A DNA stretch of 64,000 nucleotides from an uncultured virus (IMG/VR IMGVR_UViG_3300017613_001373) (IMGVR_UViG_3300017613_001373), one strand, 5' to 3'. Shown: positions 37,366 through 47,434, counted from the first letter of the stretch. Made by a program: numbers and translations. The notes: a model not told the origin generated them from the sequence alone.

Positions 37366-39570
37366 TTAAAAATGACCACCAAAACACCATGTAAGGAAAT
37401 CTGCGGCTATCCCGACAAGTGCAATATCTCCTGAATGTGTATCTGAACCACTATCACCAACTCGTTCTAATGAAACCCATAACGTATCAGGGAAACCTCC
37501 TAACCTACGACTGATCATATCAGAAATATCTAAATCTGTCTTATACCATTGAACCGTGTTTGCGGATATAGGTGCGGCTTCAACCACTGTTGTATTTTGC
37601 TCATTTGGAGCAGTTGTTGGAGCAGATCCTTGTGATTTATAAACATTCCCTGTAGGAGTGTTGAAACCCCAACTTACAACCCATTCGATATTCCCTGCTG
37701 TTGCGTCATCTGTGATAACACTCCATGCAAATACAATTGGTGTACTAGTATCAATAGTTTCAGGAATCGGTGATAAGAAACCAACACGATCTATATTATT
37801 GTTTACAAATTTATTTTCAACACGCCCTACATCTAAGTTGTCCGATAAAAACAAGTCTTGATTTGATGGTGATGCCGCCGCCGCTTCTAAAAGACCAGCA
37901 TCCCAAGGAAAACGAGAAATACTACGAGCCAATCCGAAGGTTTCAATGTATCCATCACTGTTAATCTCTGTGCGACCCGCTGTATGCAACTTAAACTGCT
38001 CCAATGAAGGACTTGTTGTGATTGCGGTTTTTATTCGGATTCTTGTCCAAAAACGATCTATACCACTTGTTATAGGATCATTTTTCACCCAATTATCTGT
38101 CATATTTATATCAAATCGAACTTGATAACTTCCACTCGCTTCAAACAACTGTTTTGCATGAGGTAAATATTTTCCACCACTATCTGTTACCATGTAGTTA
38201 AACTCAACCCATGTACCACCATCCCAATATTCATACACAATCTCTCCCCCACCCAATACAATAGGTGACATAACATTTATCTTCATCCCCGGATGTGTCA
38301 AATAATCTCCGTTACGATAATCAGATGTTATATAAAAGGCTGTATTAACGTTTGGGTTTGCAAAGTTGAAAGCTGAACCAGAAGGGGATTGAGCCGCTGT
38401 AGAAATATCTGTATATGTTGTACCATCAAAACTATATACAAACATACCGTTCGTGTATGAGTCCCCGTGTCCCAATACTGTTTCCCCGCCCACAAGAGGC
38501 GTACCAACTGAAAACTCCCCATAAACAACAACACCTGAATCACCCTCTTTGTCGCTAATACCAAGTCCGATAACAGTGGCAGATGGAGAAATATTTGTAT
38601 TATCCAGAATGGTTATGATATTACCCAATACTATTGCCGCTCCTGTTATATTAACATTGTACTGAGCAGAATTACTAATATGCAAGGCGTTCACATCTAC
38701 ATTGCCTGTCCCGATTCTCAAACCATCATTTGTACAGTCATGTATTTCTACACCCGATATTGTAGTGTGACTACTGCCACCATTTATCACAATCCCATCT
38801 GTACTGTTTTCTAAATTTATACCACGCAATGTTGCAACGGTATTAAACATATCAAACCCTGTTGTAACATTTGATCCAAACGAATCAACTCCGTTCACCA
38901 TCACTCGTCCACCAACACCTTTAACAATTGTCCCAACAGTAGTCTGATCTGTAACAGTTAACCCTGACAGGGTTAACTGACCAGATGTGACTTCAAACAA
39001 ATTACCTGTATTTATACCGATACTTGTTGAATTTGTGATAACTACAGCCGAAGAAACATGGTTAACATGGATACCATTTTCACAGTCTCCAATAACACAC
39101 CCGTCTATGCTAATCCCCCCCAATGTTGCCATTTCGACCGCATAACCACTAGTAACATTACCAAATGTGACGTTAGTAAATGCGATCAATACTGAACCTG
39201 TGAACAAATTACCAGCATTTGTCGCGTTTAATCTAACAGCACCAGTACTACCAATACCAAAAACAGAAACAAAGGCTTTGCTCACAATTGGATTATTTTC
39301 TTCATATACTCCCGGTGTTACTAAAATAGTATACGGTTTACTGCCAGAACTATCTGTAATACTATCCATTGCGTCTTTAACATTTGTATAATCACCATTT
39401 GCTCCGACATGTAATATAACTGACTCTGTTTTAACCAAGTTCAAAGCCGCTTCTAAATTTGCTTTTGTGATACTACTGACAATTACATCACCATCTCGTT
39501 GTGTGATAAATAAATCAGGATCAAGTGTTGTTGCGGTTGTTGGTAATCCTGTCGGTAAAATTCCTGCCAT
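37366..39570 (-). CDS. tail fibre/spike with pectin-lyase-like beta-helix
   Basis: VGANGDYTNVKDAMD...ILVTPGVYEE cap followed by beta-helix repeats. Confidence 0.75.
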   Translation of the reverse strand: MAGILPTGLPTTATTLDPDLFITQRDGDVIVSSITKANLEAALNLVKTESVILHVGANGDYTNVKDAMDSITDSSGSKPYTILVTPGVYEENNPIVSKAFVSVFGIGSTGAVRLNATNAGNLFTGSVLIAFTNVTFGNVTSGYAVEMATLGGISIDGCVIGDCENGIHVNHVSSAVVITNSTSIGINTGNLFEVTSGQLTLSGLTVTDQTTVGTIVKGVGGRVMVNGVDSFGSNVTTGFDMFNTVATLRGINLENSTDGIVINGGSSHTTISGVEIHDCTNDGLRIGTGNVDVNALHISNSAQYNVNITGAAIVLGNIITILDNTNISPSATVIGLGISDKEGDSGVVVYGEFSVGTPLVGGETVLGHGDSYTNGMFVYSFDGTTYTDISTAAQSPSGSAFNFANPNVNTAFYITSDYRNGDYLTHPGMKINVMSPIVLGGGEIVYEYWDGGTWVEFNYMVTDSGGKYLPHAKQLFEASGSYQVRFDINMTDNWVKNDPITSGIDRFWTRIRIKTAITTSPSLEQFKLHTAGRTEINSDGYIETFGLARSISRFPWDAGLLEAAAASPSNQDLFLSDNLDVGRVENKFVNNNIDRVGFLSPIPETIDTSTPIVFAWSVITDDATAGNIEWVVSWGFNTPTGNVYKSQGSAPTTAPNEQNTTVVEAAPISANTVQWYKTDLDISDMISRRLGGFPDTLWVSLERVGDSGSDTHSGDIALVGIAADFLTWCFGGHF

Positions 39571-39583
39571 TTTCTAACTCCTC

Positions 39584-39817
39584 CTATTGTACTATTAAAT
39601 GATCAACAGCGTTTACCGCAAGCCAATCAAAACTATTAACCTGTAAAGAATCAGGTGGAAATTCACTAGGGATAAACGGTACTACAATACTACCATTTAT
39701 TTCACCCGTACCCGTGATATAAACAGGCAATGCCGAACCACCTTGAGATGTCCATCCCTCAATCCCTGAAACATCGTACACAACTGTTGTAGAACCACCT
39801 TGAACCCTATCTGTCAT
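39584..39817 (-). CDS. small virion-associated protein
   Basis: AAGGAGA SD; N-terminus resembles gene 2902..3081. Confidence 0.6.
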   Translation of the reverse strand: MTDRVQGGSTTVVYDVSGIEGWTSQGGSALPVYITGTGEINGSIVVPFIPSEFPPDSLQVNSFDWLAVNAVDHLIVQ

Positions 39818-39859
39818 ATTTCTCTCCTTTCATGACATTATTATAATACAGTGTAGAAT

Positions 39860-39904
39860 TAGGACGATAGTACTATTGTAAAAAATTACAATCTTTGTTA
39901 TAAT
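39860..39904 (+). promoter_or_regulatory. dual-palindrome promoter
   Basis: TAGGACGATAGTACTA-TTGTAAAAAATTACAA, TTGTAA-17-TATAAT. Confidence 0.7.
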
Positions 39905-39910
39905 ATCTTT

Positions 39911-39998
39911 AGTGGGTTGGTTAGTTGGCACTTAATTTGAGCCGTAAAACCCTACAGGTGGAACAGACTTTTATAAGATTAGGACAATCACTAACCAT
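39911..39998 (+). ncRNA. candidate structured small RNA
   Basis: follows promoter; closing stem TGGTTAGT 39918-39925 / ACTAACCA 39990-39997; no ORF. Confidence 0.35.
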
Positions 39999-40037
39999 TA
40001 AATTTGACTTATATCTACAATTGGATATAATACTTGT

Positions 40038-40141
40038 AAATGAGGTCACGCCAGTGATTTCATAAAATACCCCACAATAGCAAATCAACACTTCATGTTT
40101 TTTTATTCATCATTTAAAAACCCCGCTATTGTGGGTTTTTT
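40038..40141 (+). ncRNA. candidate small RNA or attenuator
   Basis: TTGACT-16-TATAAT promoter, 10-bp hairpin 40040-40063, terminator ending at 40141. Confidence 0.45.
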
Positions 40142-40184
40142 GCGTTTATTTGACAGTGACGAACATTGTGTTATACTGTTTTCA

Positions 40185-41018
40185 ATGATGGATAAACAAA
40201 ACATGAAATTCCGAGTGAATTTCATTCAAGAAATCGCATTAGAGAGAAAACATACAGTATTCCGTTACTACGTCGGGATGTGTTTATTCGATCTATCTGG
40301 TCAAGGATGGGTTTCTAAATCAGATTTCGTACCGTTTATCGCAAAACAATTCAATGCTAGTGAGAAAACCGTCAAAAATAATCTACAAAAACTTCATACA
40401 TTGAAATGGGTGAATAATACTCCTGACAGAGTTTACTATCGCAATCAAGAGTTTATCCTTTCAACAATGCACCCACATCATCGTACCAATAAAGCTGTCT
40501 ATATTTCTATGGACAACATTGGCGGTGATATTGTAGATTTTCGTGCATTTGTCCATGAGGCTACTATTGCAGGACAGATTAAAGACGGTTCGGTAACAAT
40601 AGCAAGAGATACAATCAGAGAACAAGTAAATGGTCATGGTCGGAAAACACAGCGGAAGTACGAAAAAATGCGACATGTCAAAAGTGTATATAATTTCGCT
40701 CGATTAAATGGTGATGACCAACTAGAATTAATTTATAAACTTAACCAACCTGTTTTTCCAGTATTACCAGAAGATGTTGATGATGATTTATATTTTGTTC
40801 GTCAACTACCCAATAGCTATACGTCAAATATCAAAATAGGTAAAAGAATAAGATTACGCAAATATGGTATTTCTAATAACCAGATGCCCAATGACAAATG
40901 CGTAAAATTATACTTTGATCGTGATGATGATGTTAAAAATATTGAACAATCTGGATATATCAAAACTAATGATAAATTAAATCATAACGATTTATGGAGT
41001 GAGGTGTCGCTTGGCTAA
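40185..41018 (+). CDS. winged-helix DNA-binding protein, probably leaderless
   Basis: KQFNASEKTVKNNLQKLHTLKWV; TTGACA-16-TATACT ends 7 nt before ATG. Confidence 0.6.
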   Translation: MMDKQNMKFRVNFIQEIALERKHTVFRYYVGMCLFDLSGQGWVSKSDFVPFIAKQFNASEKTVKNNLQKLHTLKWVNNTPDRVYYRNQEFILSTMHPHHRTNKAVYISMDNIGGDIVDFRAFVHEATIAGQIKDGSVTIARDTIREQVNGHGRKTQRKYEKMRHVKSVYNFARLNGDDQLELIYKLNQPVFPVLPEDVDDDLYFVRQLPNSYTSNIKIGKRIRLRKYGISNNQMPNDKCVKLYFDRDDDVKNIEQSGYIKTNDKLNHNDLWSEVSLG

Positions 41019-41176
41019 CTCACCCGCAAATGTCACTGCATATAATAACCTCAATGTTTCTCTTTGCTTTAATGCTTGTGTCAGGGTGAAGTAAGGGTAG
41101 GACTAAAGACCTATTGTAAAAAATTGTAGTAGCTTGTATACTATTGGTCATAAGTTAAACAAACGGAGAATAAATT

Positions 41177-41359
41177 ATGGAACGAATTATAAATATTAAA
41201 TGGTACATGAAAGATAGTATTGCGTACTATGAGGTGATTACTAAAAAGGGTAGTTTTAGTATTAAAGATATTAACGATGTGCCATTACTTGAGGACAATC
41301 AAGAATCTAAAAAATGGGTGATCGAACATTATTCAATATTATTTGATTTACTATTTTAA
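41177..41359 (+). CDS. hypothetical protein
   Basis: GGAGA SD; promoter 41098-41142. Confidence 0.6.
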   Translation: MERIINIKWYMKDSIAYYEVITKKGSFSIKDINDVPLLEDNQESKKWVIEHYSILFDLLF

Positions 41360-41407
41360 ATTGGGCGAAGCATTAATTCGTCGTTCTTACAAAATGAAGG
41401 AGAGAAC

Positions 41408-41683
41408 ATGATATACGAAGATTTAGTAAAACAATATCAACCACGTCCTTGTCATACTGAGAAACAAGCGAAAGTGTTACAAGGACATATTGATATTCTT
41501 TTAGATAAAGCGTCTTTGAATGAAGATGAACAAGATTATTTAACAATGTTAGGATTGGTTATGTGGAATTATGAAGAACGATATGTCGAACCAATCACAA
41601 TGACACGGTGGGAGTATTTTCAAGCAAGTGTCGAACAAGGTTTTTATAATCTTGTGTGGCGATGGGAAAATAAAACGTGGTAG
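41408..41683 (+). CDS. HigA-like antitoxin N-terminal domain lacking the HTH
   Basis: YxxLVxxYQPRP..TE...LLDK..LxEDExDYLxxLxxxxxxYEE. Confidence 0.6.
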   Translation: MIYEDLVKQYQPRPCHTEKQAKVLQGHIDILLDKASLNEDEQDYLTMLGLVMWNYEERYVEPITMTRWEYFQASVEQGFYNLVWRWENKTW

Positions 41684-41759
41684 GACTAATATCCTATTGT
41701 GTATCAGCGATATTTAGATATAATTTGACTGTATTAGAAATTGATTTAGGAGCAGAAAA

Positions 41760-42059
41760 ATGGATATTTTAGATGTAGTAGTTGCTATTGTGGCAATCTG
41801 TAGTTTTTCGATAGGGTTTTTCTTTATATATTATGCTATTGATACCATGAACGGTTGGGGTATTGTAGCAGGAGCGTTTATGATATTCTTGGGTGTGTTG
41901 GGATTTTCATTAATTGAAAACAATTCAAATACACTATATGATATTGAATGTACACGAGATGAGAAGGTTGTATATCTTGACACAACAGATCAACTACCAG
42001 ATCTTAATCTTAGCGATTTTGATTCATGTTACTATACAGTGGTTAACGAAGGGGAATAA
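41760..42059 (+). CDS. 2-TM membrane protein
   Basis: two hydrophobic helices; AGGAG SD. Confidence 0.65.
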   Translation: MDILDVVVAIVAICSFSIGFFFIYYAIDTMNGWGIVAGAFMIFLGVLGFSLIENNSNTLYDIECTRDEKVVYLDTTDQLPDLNLSDFDSCYYTVVNEGE

Positions 42060-42093
42060 ATGATTAAACAATGACGAAAAATAGGAGAACATT

Positions 42094-42171
42094 ATGTTTT
42101 TAAAAGCAGTGGTAGTATTGATTGTTATCGCATTCTTGTTAGTGTGGTTAACAAGTCCGATGATGTATTAA
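42094..42171 (+). CDS. 25-aa single-TM microprotein
   Basis: AGGAGA SD; MFLKAVVVLIVIAFLLVWLTSPMMY. Confidence 0.45.
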   Translation: MFLKAVVVLIVIAFLLVWLTSPMMY

Positions 42172-42181
42172 AGGGGTTATT

Positions 42182-42502
42182 ATGAATGTTAAAGATTATT
42201 TGTGTAAAGTTGCGCTGGAAGAAGGTGCAACATATGAAAATGTTAATTTATGGGCGATTGACTTACTCGCTGACTCTGAGGAACTATCTAGTGGTGATAC
42301 GGTGAGTTATAACACTCATTATGAATATGACGCGGTTGTCAAAGTTAAATCTGAACAATATGGCGATAGGTATATCCGATTTGAGAAATATGTCATAACA
42401 GGTGATTATGGTTTGTCGGAATTAGGTTTAGGATATGACTTGGATGCCGCTGAATTTGTTGAGCCGAAGACACATGTTATTACTGAAACGTTTTATGTAT
42501 GA
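42182..42502 (+). CDS. hypothetical acidic protein
   Basis: SD; co-oriented early region. Confidence 0.65.
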   Translation: MNVKDYLCKVALEEGATYENVNLWAIDLLADSEELSSGDTVSYNTHYEYDAVVKVKSEQYGDRYIRFEKYVITGDYGLSELGLGYDLDAAEFVEPKTHVITETFYV

Positions 42503-42555
42503 CAAGAAGTAATATGGTGGTTGAGTTAAATAATAAGTAAGGATGGTTAAATAAT

Positions 42556-42969
42556 ATGTTATCTACAATATATGATGGAAAGGTGTTAGATTGGAGTTAT
42601 AAGAAAATGACTATTGATGACTGGTACGCTTTCTATATTGGCGATATTTATGTCGGACAAGTTTCAAAGCGGGATCGAGATGACAGTTGGACAGCAATAT
42701 CAGCGGAATCATCTGTCATGTTCCCCGTAACAGGTTTTCAAACTCGTTATTATGCATCTAAGTTTTTAATTGAAATACAGTCATATGATCGTGCAGGTAG
42801 TCGTTGTACAGTGTCATCCTCAACGTTGTCTGGTGAGGTTGTGGCGATACATGCTAAAGTGAATGCACATGATAGTGTCGATGACGTAAAAACATGGGCG
42901 AAACAGGTGTTGGAAAATCGTCATGATCCTATGAATGAGGAATGGTATGAGGAACGAGGTATTAATTAG
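42556..42969 (+). CDS. hypothetical protein
   Basis: co-oriented ORF. Confidence 0.6.
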   Translation: MLSTIYDGKVLDWSYKKMTIDDWYAFYIGDIYVGQVSKRDRDDSWTAISAESSVMFPVTGFQTRYYASKFLIEIQSYDRAGSRCTVSSSTLSGEVVAIHAKVNAHDSVDDVKTWAKQVLENRHDPMNEEWYEERGIN

Positions 42970-42971
42970 AT

Positions 42972-43232
42972 ATGGGAGATGATATGATTAACCAAATTGA
43001 TGCGGTGATTGGCGGTTTAGTGCCTGATGTATCACTCCAGATACATGATATGTTAGTGTTGAATAATGCGGGACAAGATGATTTGCTATATGACATAGTA
43101 GTTATGTCTCGTATCGAATCAGCGATAGGACTTCAAATTGCAAGGGAATTATCTAAAATACGATATTATAACAATCGTCAAAGGGGGTCGAGCATCATTG
43201 AAACAATTCAAAAGATTATTGGAATTCATTGA
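42972..43232 (+). CDS. hypothetical protein
   Basis: co-oriented ORF. Confidence 0.55.
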   Translation: MGDDMINQIDAVIGGLVPDVSLQIHDMLVLNNAGQDDLLYDIVVMSRIESAIGLQIARELSKIRYYNNRQRGSSIIETIQKIIGIH

Positions 43233-43621
43233 TGCATTGGAGGCGCAGTCTATTAGATACGATGATTAGTACTAAGAGCGTAGATACCATTCTGTATCCT
43301 GTATTACTCTATGGGCGCACTTGGGGGATATATGCTCCAAGCGGATACTTTTTGAATATTATTATGAGGGATAGATATCATACCATTGAGTTTAGGATTT
43401 ATTATAATGACATTTCAAATGTTGCATACAAACTACGTGGTGAAATTGATGGTGTTGCAATATTTTCAAAATCTGCCAACTGGTATGATAAGAGTTTTAC
43501 AGACCATATCCAAGAGATTGTAATGTCTCCCGAAATGCAAGATTTATATACATTTGTAATTGATTGGGGAGAATACTCAATAATTGTGTGGAATCAGCGA
43601 ATTGAGGTATTACACATATGA
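43229..43621 (+). CDS. hypothetical protein
   Basis: coupled ORF. Confidence 0.55.
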   Translation: MMHWRRSLLDTMISTKSVDTILYPVLLYGRTWGIYAPSGYFLNIIMRDRYHTIEFRIYYNDISNVAYKLRGEIDGVAIFSKSANWYDKSFTDHIQEIVMSPEMQDLYTFVIDWGEYSIIVWNQRIEVLHI

Positions 43622-43702
43622 AAGTATAGTACAAGCGTACTATTGTAATTTTTTACAAAATTGTTAATATCAGATCATTAAAACTTAATGAAGGAGATAA
43701 CC

Positions 43703-44068
43703 ATGTCGAATAAAACGAATATCGACACGTCAAAGATTTTAGAATTATTAGTGAATAAAGGACTTAGATCATTGTTTAATAATGTTCGTTATGATATACA
43801 CCCCAATCAAAGTGTTGTGTTTAGCGGTTCACCATATTATGATAGTGCTATGTTTGATATTATTTTTTGTGGATTTAGAACAACATTATCTTTTGTGGAT
43901 AATTCAGGAGTGTTAGATACATCTTTTATTGTAGATGATACTGTTCATATGTCTTTTAATGGGCGAGAGTTTTATTCAATAAATCATTTTATTAATTTCT
44001 TAGATGGAAAACTTGAATCATACAGTAATTATGCTAATACAATCGGATTGACAACATTTTTTATTTGA
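43703..44068 (+). CDS. hypothetical protein
   Basis: AAGGAGA SD; promoter 43627-43670. Confidence 0.6.
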   Translation: MSNKTNIDTSKILELLVNKGLRSLFNNVRYDIHPNQSVVFSGSPYYDSAMFDIIFCGFRTTLSFVDNSGVLDTSFIVDDTVHMSFNGREFYSINHFINFLDGKLESYSNYANTIGLTTFFI

Positions 44069-44162
44069 AATCAAGACACAAAGAAAGGTACTAGGGTACT
44101 ATTGTAAAATTTCACAATCTGATTATAATACTATTATATTAATTAACGAAAGGAGAATACGA

Positions 44163-46190
44163 ATGGAATTTGAAAAATTTAAAGAATTACAACAAGCGTT
44201 TTTTGCCAAGATGACACAAGATGTGTTTCATCTATTTGTCGTAGATATTGATAAAGACATCTTATGGAATACTTATTTAAATGCGTTCCCAGAAGGTACG
44301 AACGAAGTTTTCAGAGAACGTCGTGAATATGATTGTTCTGGATGTGGGAACTTTGTGAAAAACTTTGGTGGTGTGGTCGCAATTGTTGATAATAAAATTC
44401 AAACAATTTGGGATTTTGAATCAGACGAAGATAAATTCAGTGTTGTTACAAGCGTGATGTCTGACCTAGTACGTTCCGCACCTGTTCGTGACGTATTTGT
44501 ATCGAAACAGGTTTCATACGGTATAAATCAAAATCGTGAACAACTCGAAAACGGAACTGTAATTTCATGGGAGCATTTATTTGTACGCTTACCTAAGAAA
44601 CTTAAGTCAACATCAAGTGAGTCAGAAGCAAGTTTGATGGGGCAATATCGAGATAGTCGTAATGTGTTCAAACGTTCATTGACAGAGATTTCTCGTGACG
44701 CTGTGATGACAGTGTTGGATATGGTAGATGAGAAAACCTTGTACAAAGGTGAAGAATGGGTTGGTGCATTGACCCAATTCTTATCATTACAAGATAAATT
44801 TTCAGCCTTGTCAGGTGAAGACCAAGAAAACTTCTGCTGGAAGGTTTCAACAACATTGAGCGGTGGTGTAAGTCGAATTCGTAATCATTCCATTGGCGTA
44901 TTGTTACAAGACATTACCGAAGGTGTTGATTTGAATACTGCTGTGAAACGATATGAAAACATTGTAGCACCACATAATTACAAACGACCAAAGGCGATTT
45001 TTTCCAGAAAAATGGTAGAACAAGCAGAACAAACAATTACTGAATTAGGTTTGTTAGAATCGTTAGGTCGTCGCCATGCGAAGTTGAGCGATATTTCAAT
45101 TAACAATGTCTTATGGGCGGATCGTGATGCAGAAAAGGTTATGGGCGGTATTGGTGGTGTGTTTGAAGCCATGAAACAAGAAGTATCAGTTACGCCAAAT
45201 AGTTTTAAAAATGTTAAAGGGATTGGGATTGATCAATTTATGGAAAATGTGTTACCATCAGCTAAAAAAGTTGAGGTCTTGATGGAAAATGGACATATTT
45301 CTAATTTGGTATCATTGATTGCACCAATTAACAGTGAGTCGAAATCAATGTTTAAGTGGTCTAACCCTTTTGGTTGGGCGTATTCTGGAAACATTACGGA
45401 TAGTTCCATGAAACAGAACGTGCAAGCCGCTGGTGGTAAAGTAGATGGTGTGTTACGATTCTCATTACAGTGGAATGACCGTGAATACAATCGTAATGAT
45501 TATGATGCTCATTGTGTAGAACCTAATGGAAATCATATTTACTTTTCAAATGCTGGTCGTCGTCATAGTTCAACTGGTGTGTTAGATGTTGATATTGTGA
45601 GTCCACGACAAGGTATACCAGCGGTTGAAAATATCGCATGGGAACGTTTACTTGATGGTGATTATCATTTCTATGTTAAGAACTATTCGCATAATGGTGG
45701 TACGGATGGGTTTGATGCAGAGATTGAGTATAATGGGCAAGTATTTCATTATGAATATCATAATGATTTACGACACAAGTCCAATGTTACTATTGCTAAA
45801 ATCCGTTTTACAAATGGTTCAATGGAGATTTTAGAATCCTTACCTTCCACAACGTCAAGTCGAGAAGTGTGGGGTTTGAAAACGAATCAGTTCCAAACAG
45901 TGTCCTCAGTGATGTATTCACCTAACTATTGGGATGGACAGGACGGGATTGGAAACAAGCACTATATGTTCATGATTGCGGGATGTGAGAATGACACCCG
46001 ACCATACGGGTTTTTTAACGAATACCTGTGTGAAGATTTGAACAAGCATCGTAAGGTGTTTGAAGCATTGGGTGGTCGAATGAAAGTGGAACGTTCAGAA
46101 GATCAATTGTCTGGTTTAGGATTTAGTTCAACAAAGCGTAATGCTTTGATTGTGAAAGTAGGTAATAAAGTATTTAAGGTAATTTTTTAA
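44163..46190 (+). CDS. large conserved phage protein with YfaP/DUF2135-like domain
   Basis: R.EYDCxxC N-terminus; LQWN...DYDAHCVEP...LDVD...VENI. Confidence 0.7.
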   Translation: MEFEKFKELQQAFFAKMTQDVFHLFVVDIDKDILWNTYLNAFPEGTNEVFRERREYDCSGCGNFVKNFGGVVAIVDNKIQTIWDFESDEDKFSVVTSVMSDLVRSAPVRDVFVSKQVSYGINQNREQLENGTVISWEHLFVRLPKKLKSTSSESEASLMGQYRDSRNVFKRSLTEISRDAVMTVLDMVDEKTLYKGEEWVGALTQFLSLQDKFSALSGEDQENFCWKVSTTLSGGVSRIRNHSIGVLLQDITEGVDLNTAVKRYENIVAPHNYKRPKAIFSRKMVEQAEQTITELGLLESLGRRHAKLSDISINNVLWADRDAEKVMGGIGGVFEAMKQEVSVTPNSFKNVKGIGIDQFMENVLPSAKKVEVLMENGHISNLVSLIAPINSESKSMFKWSNPFGWAYSGNITDSSMKQNVQAAGGKVDGVLRFSLQWNDREYNRNDYDAHCVEPNGNHIYFSNAGRRHSSTGVLDVDIVSPRQGIPAVENIAWERLLDGDYHFYVKNYSHNGGTDGFDAEIEYNGQVFHYEYHNDLRHKSNVTIAKIRFTNGSMEILESLPSTTSSREVWGLKTNQFQTVSSVMYSPNYWDGQDGIGNKHYMFMIAGCENDTRPYGFFNEYLCEDLNKHRKVFEALGGRMKVERSEDQLSGLGFSSTKRNALIVKVGNKVFKVIF

Positions 46191-46213
46191 AGTAGGAACA
46201 AAGGAGCTATACT

Positions 46214-46585
46214 ATGATGTTTCAAAGAGCGGTAAAAATGAAGTTACGATTCCCTTCACAGCGAGGTCGAATTAATGTGGAAGATTTGTGGGATTTAAAT
46301 GTTCGAGAATTAGATGGGATTTTTAAGACACTTAATCGTCAAGCACGAGTTCTTGATGAGGAAAGTTTATTAGATTCACCCTCTGCGGCAGATACAAAGT
46401 TACGTTTGCAAATCAAAATCGTTACTCATATCGTAGAGGCTAAATTGGCAGAACAGGAATCACGTCTAAATCGTGCGGAGAAATCAGCACGTAAAGAAAA
46501 GTTACTGGCAATTTTGGAAGCCAAGCAGGACGCAGAGTTACACGATTTGTCTACGGACGAGTTACAGGCTTTGATTGACGCATAA
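46214..46585 (+). CDS. conserved phage partner protein (coiled coil)
   Basis: KLRFPS.RG.I.VEDLWDL motif; AAGGAG SD. Confidence 0.7.
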   Translation: MMFQRAVKMKLRFPSQRGRINVEDLWDLNVRELDGIFKTLNRQARVLDEESLLDSPSAADTKLRLQIKIVTHIVEAKLAEQESRLNRAEKSARKEKLLAILEAKQDAELHDLSTDELQALIDA

Positions 46586-46597
46586 AGATAGTACAAT

Positions 46598-46635
46598 AAA
46601 AAACCCCTTAGTTGTAATGACTGAGGGGTTTTTTT
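46598..46635 (+). terminator. intrinsic terminator
   Basis: AAAAAACCCCTTAG...CTGAGGGGTTTTTTT. Confidence 0.85.
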
Positions 46636-46711
46636 GGTATCAGCGTACTATTGTTATAAGCCATCAGTAGGTGTATAATTCTATTTATATTGAAGTGACT
46701 AAGGAGAAATT

Positions 46712-46855
46712 ATGCACAAAGTAATTGAAAAATTGGTAGAAATGACAAAGAATGGTGACTTATTCTGGTATGATGTCGATGAGGGTGATTCTGCTAACTA
46801 TGCCGATATTGTCATCAATGTAGATCATTACGGTTTAACAAGATGGTATTTTTGA
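46712..46855 (+). CDS. short, possibly truncated protein (T-x-x-G-x-x-x-W motif)
   Basis: AAGGAGA SD, own promoter; MHKVIEKLVEMTKNGDLFWY. Confidence 0.5.
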   Translation: MHKVIEKLVEMTKNGDLFWYDVDEGDSANYADIVINVDHYGLTRWYF

Positions 46856-47037
46856 GCGAGATACGTTTATGACAATAACATCTTTTAAAGATATAGCGTA
46901 TATTCATCGAAAAGGTTCTGGTACAGAGAGGAATATGTTGCGAAGGAATAGTACAAAAGACCTATTGTGAAAAATTACGACTCTGCTATAATCATTTTCA
47001 TTAAGCGTTGTTGAAATATATTATTTAGGAGAATATT

Positions 47038-47388
47038 ATGAAACAGTTATACGAAGTAGGGCAAGAAGTGTATGTTGATACTGGCACAGTTGCATCAGGT
47101 GGTCGTGTTGTATCATATTTTAATGGCTACTACGTTATTGATAATTATACCCCAGTTGTTCATTATACAAATGTTCATACACGCATGGTGCGTGTGGAAT
47201 ATGAGAAAACAGGCGATAATGATTTCAAAATGTATCATGTGCATATTTCTTGGGAATATTATCTGTCAACAAAAGATGATTTAGAAGACATGTTGGCAAA
47301 AAAAGGTATTGATGGTCAAGTAAAGGCCACATCTGTTGAATTATGTAGAGTGAATCGATCAACGCAGATGTTACAACAATTCTATTAA
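47038..47388 (+). CDS. hypothetical protein
   Basis: AGGAGA SD; promoter 46949-46992. Confidence 0.65.
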   Translation: MKQLYEVGQEVYVDTGTVASGGRVVSYFNGYYVIDNYTPVVHYTNVHTRMVRVEYEKTGDNDFKMYHVHISWEYYLSTKDDLEDMLAKKGIDGQVKATSVELCRVNRSTQMLQQFY

Positions 47389-47434
47389 ACACCTCAAAGA
47401 TCAAATATTAGAATGACAGTACTAGTAAAAATTT

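Noticed and set aside
39911..39998. tRNA or tRNA-Sec
   Set aside because: Ends in ACCA but lacks a T-loop (TTCRA) and canonical D and anticodon arms.
40095..40184. ORF-track N-terminal extension of the wHTH gene
   Set aside because: It spans a terminator and a consensus promoter; ATG 40185 fits better.
42060..42185. Second UGA readthrough candidate (MIKQ*RKIG...)
   Set aside because: No SECIS-like hairpin follows, and an overlapping 25-aa TM ORF with a better SD explains the region.
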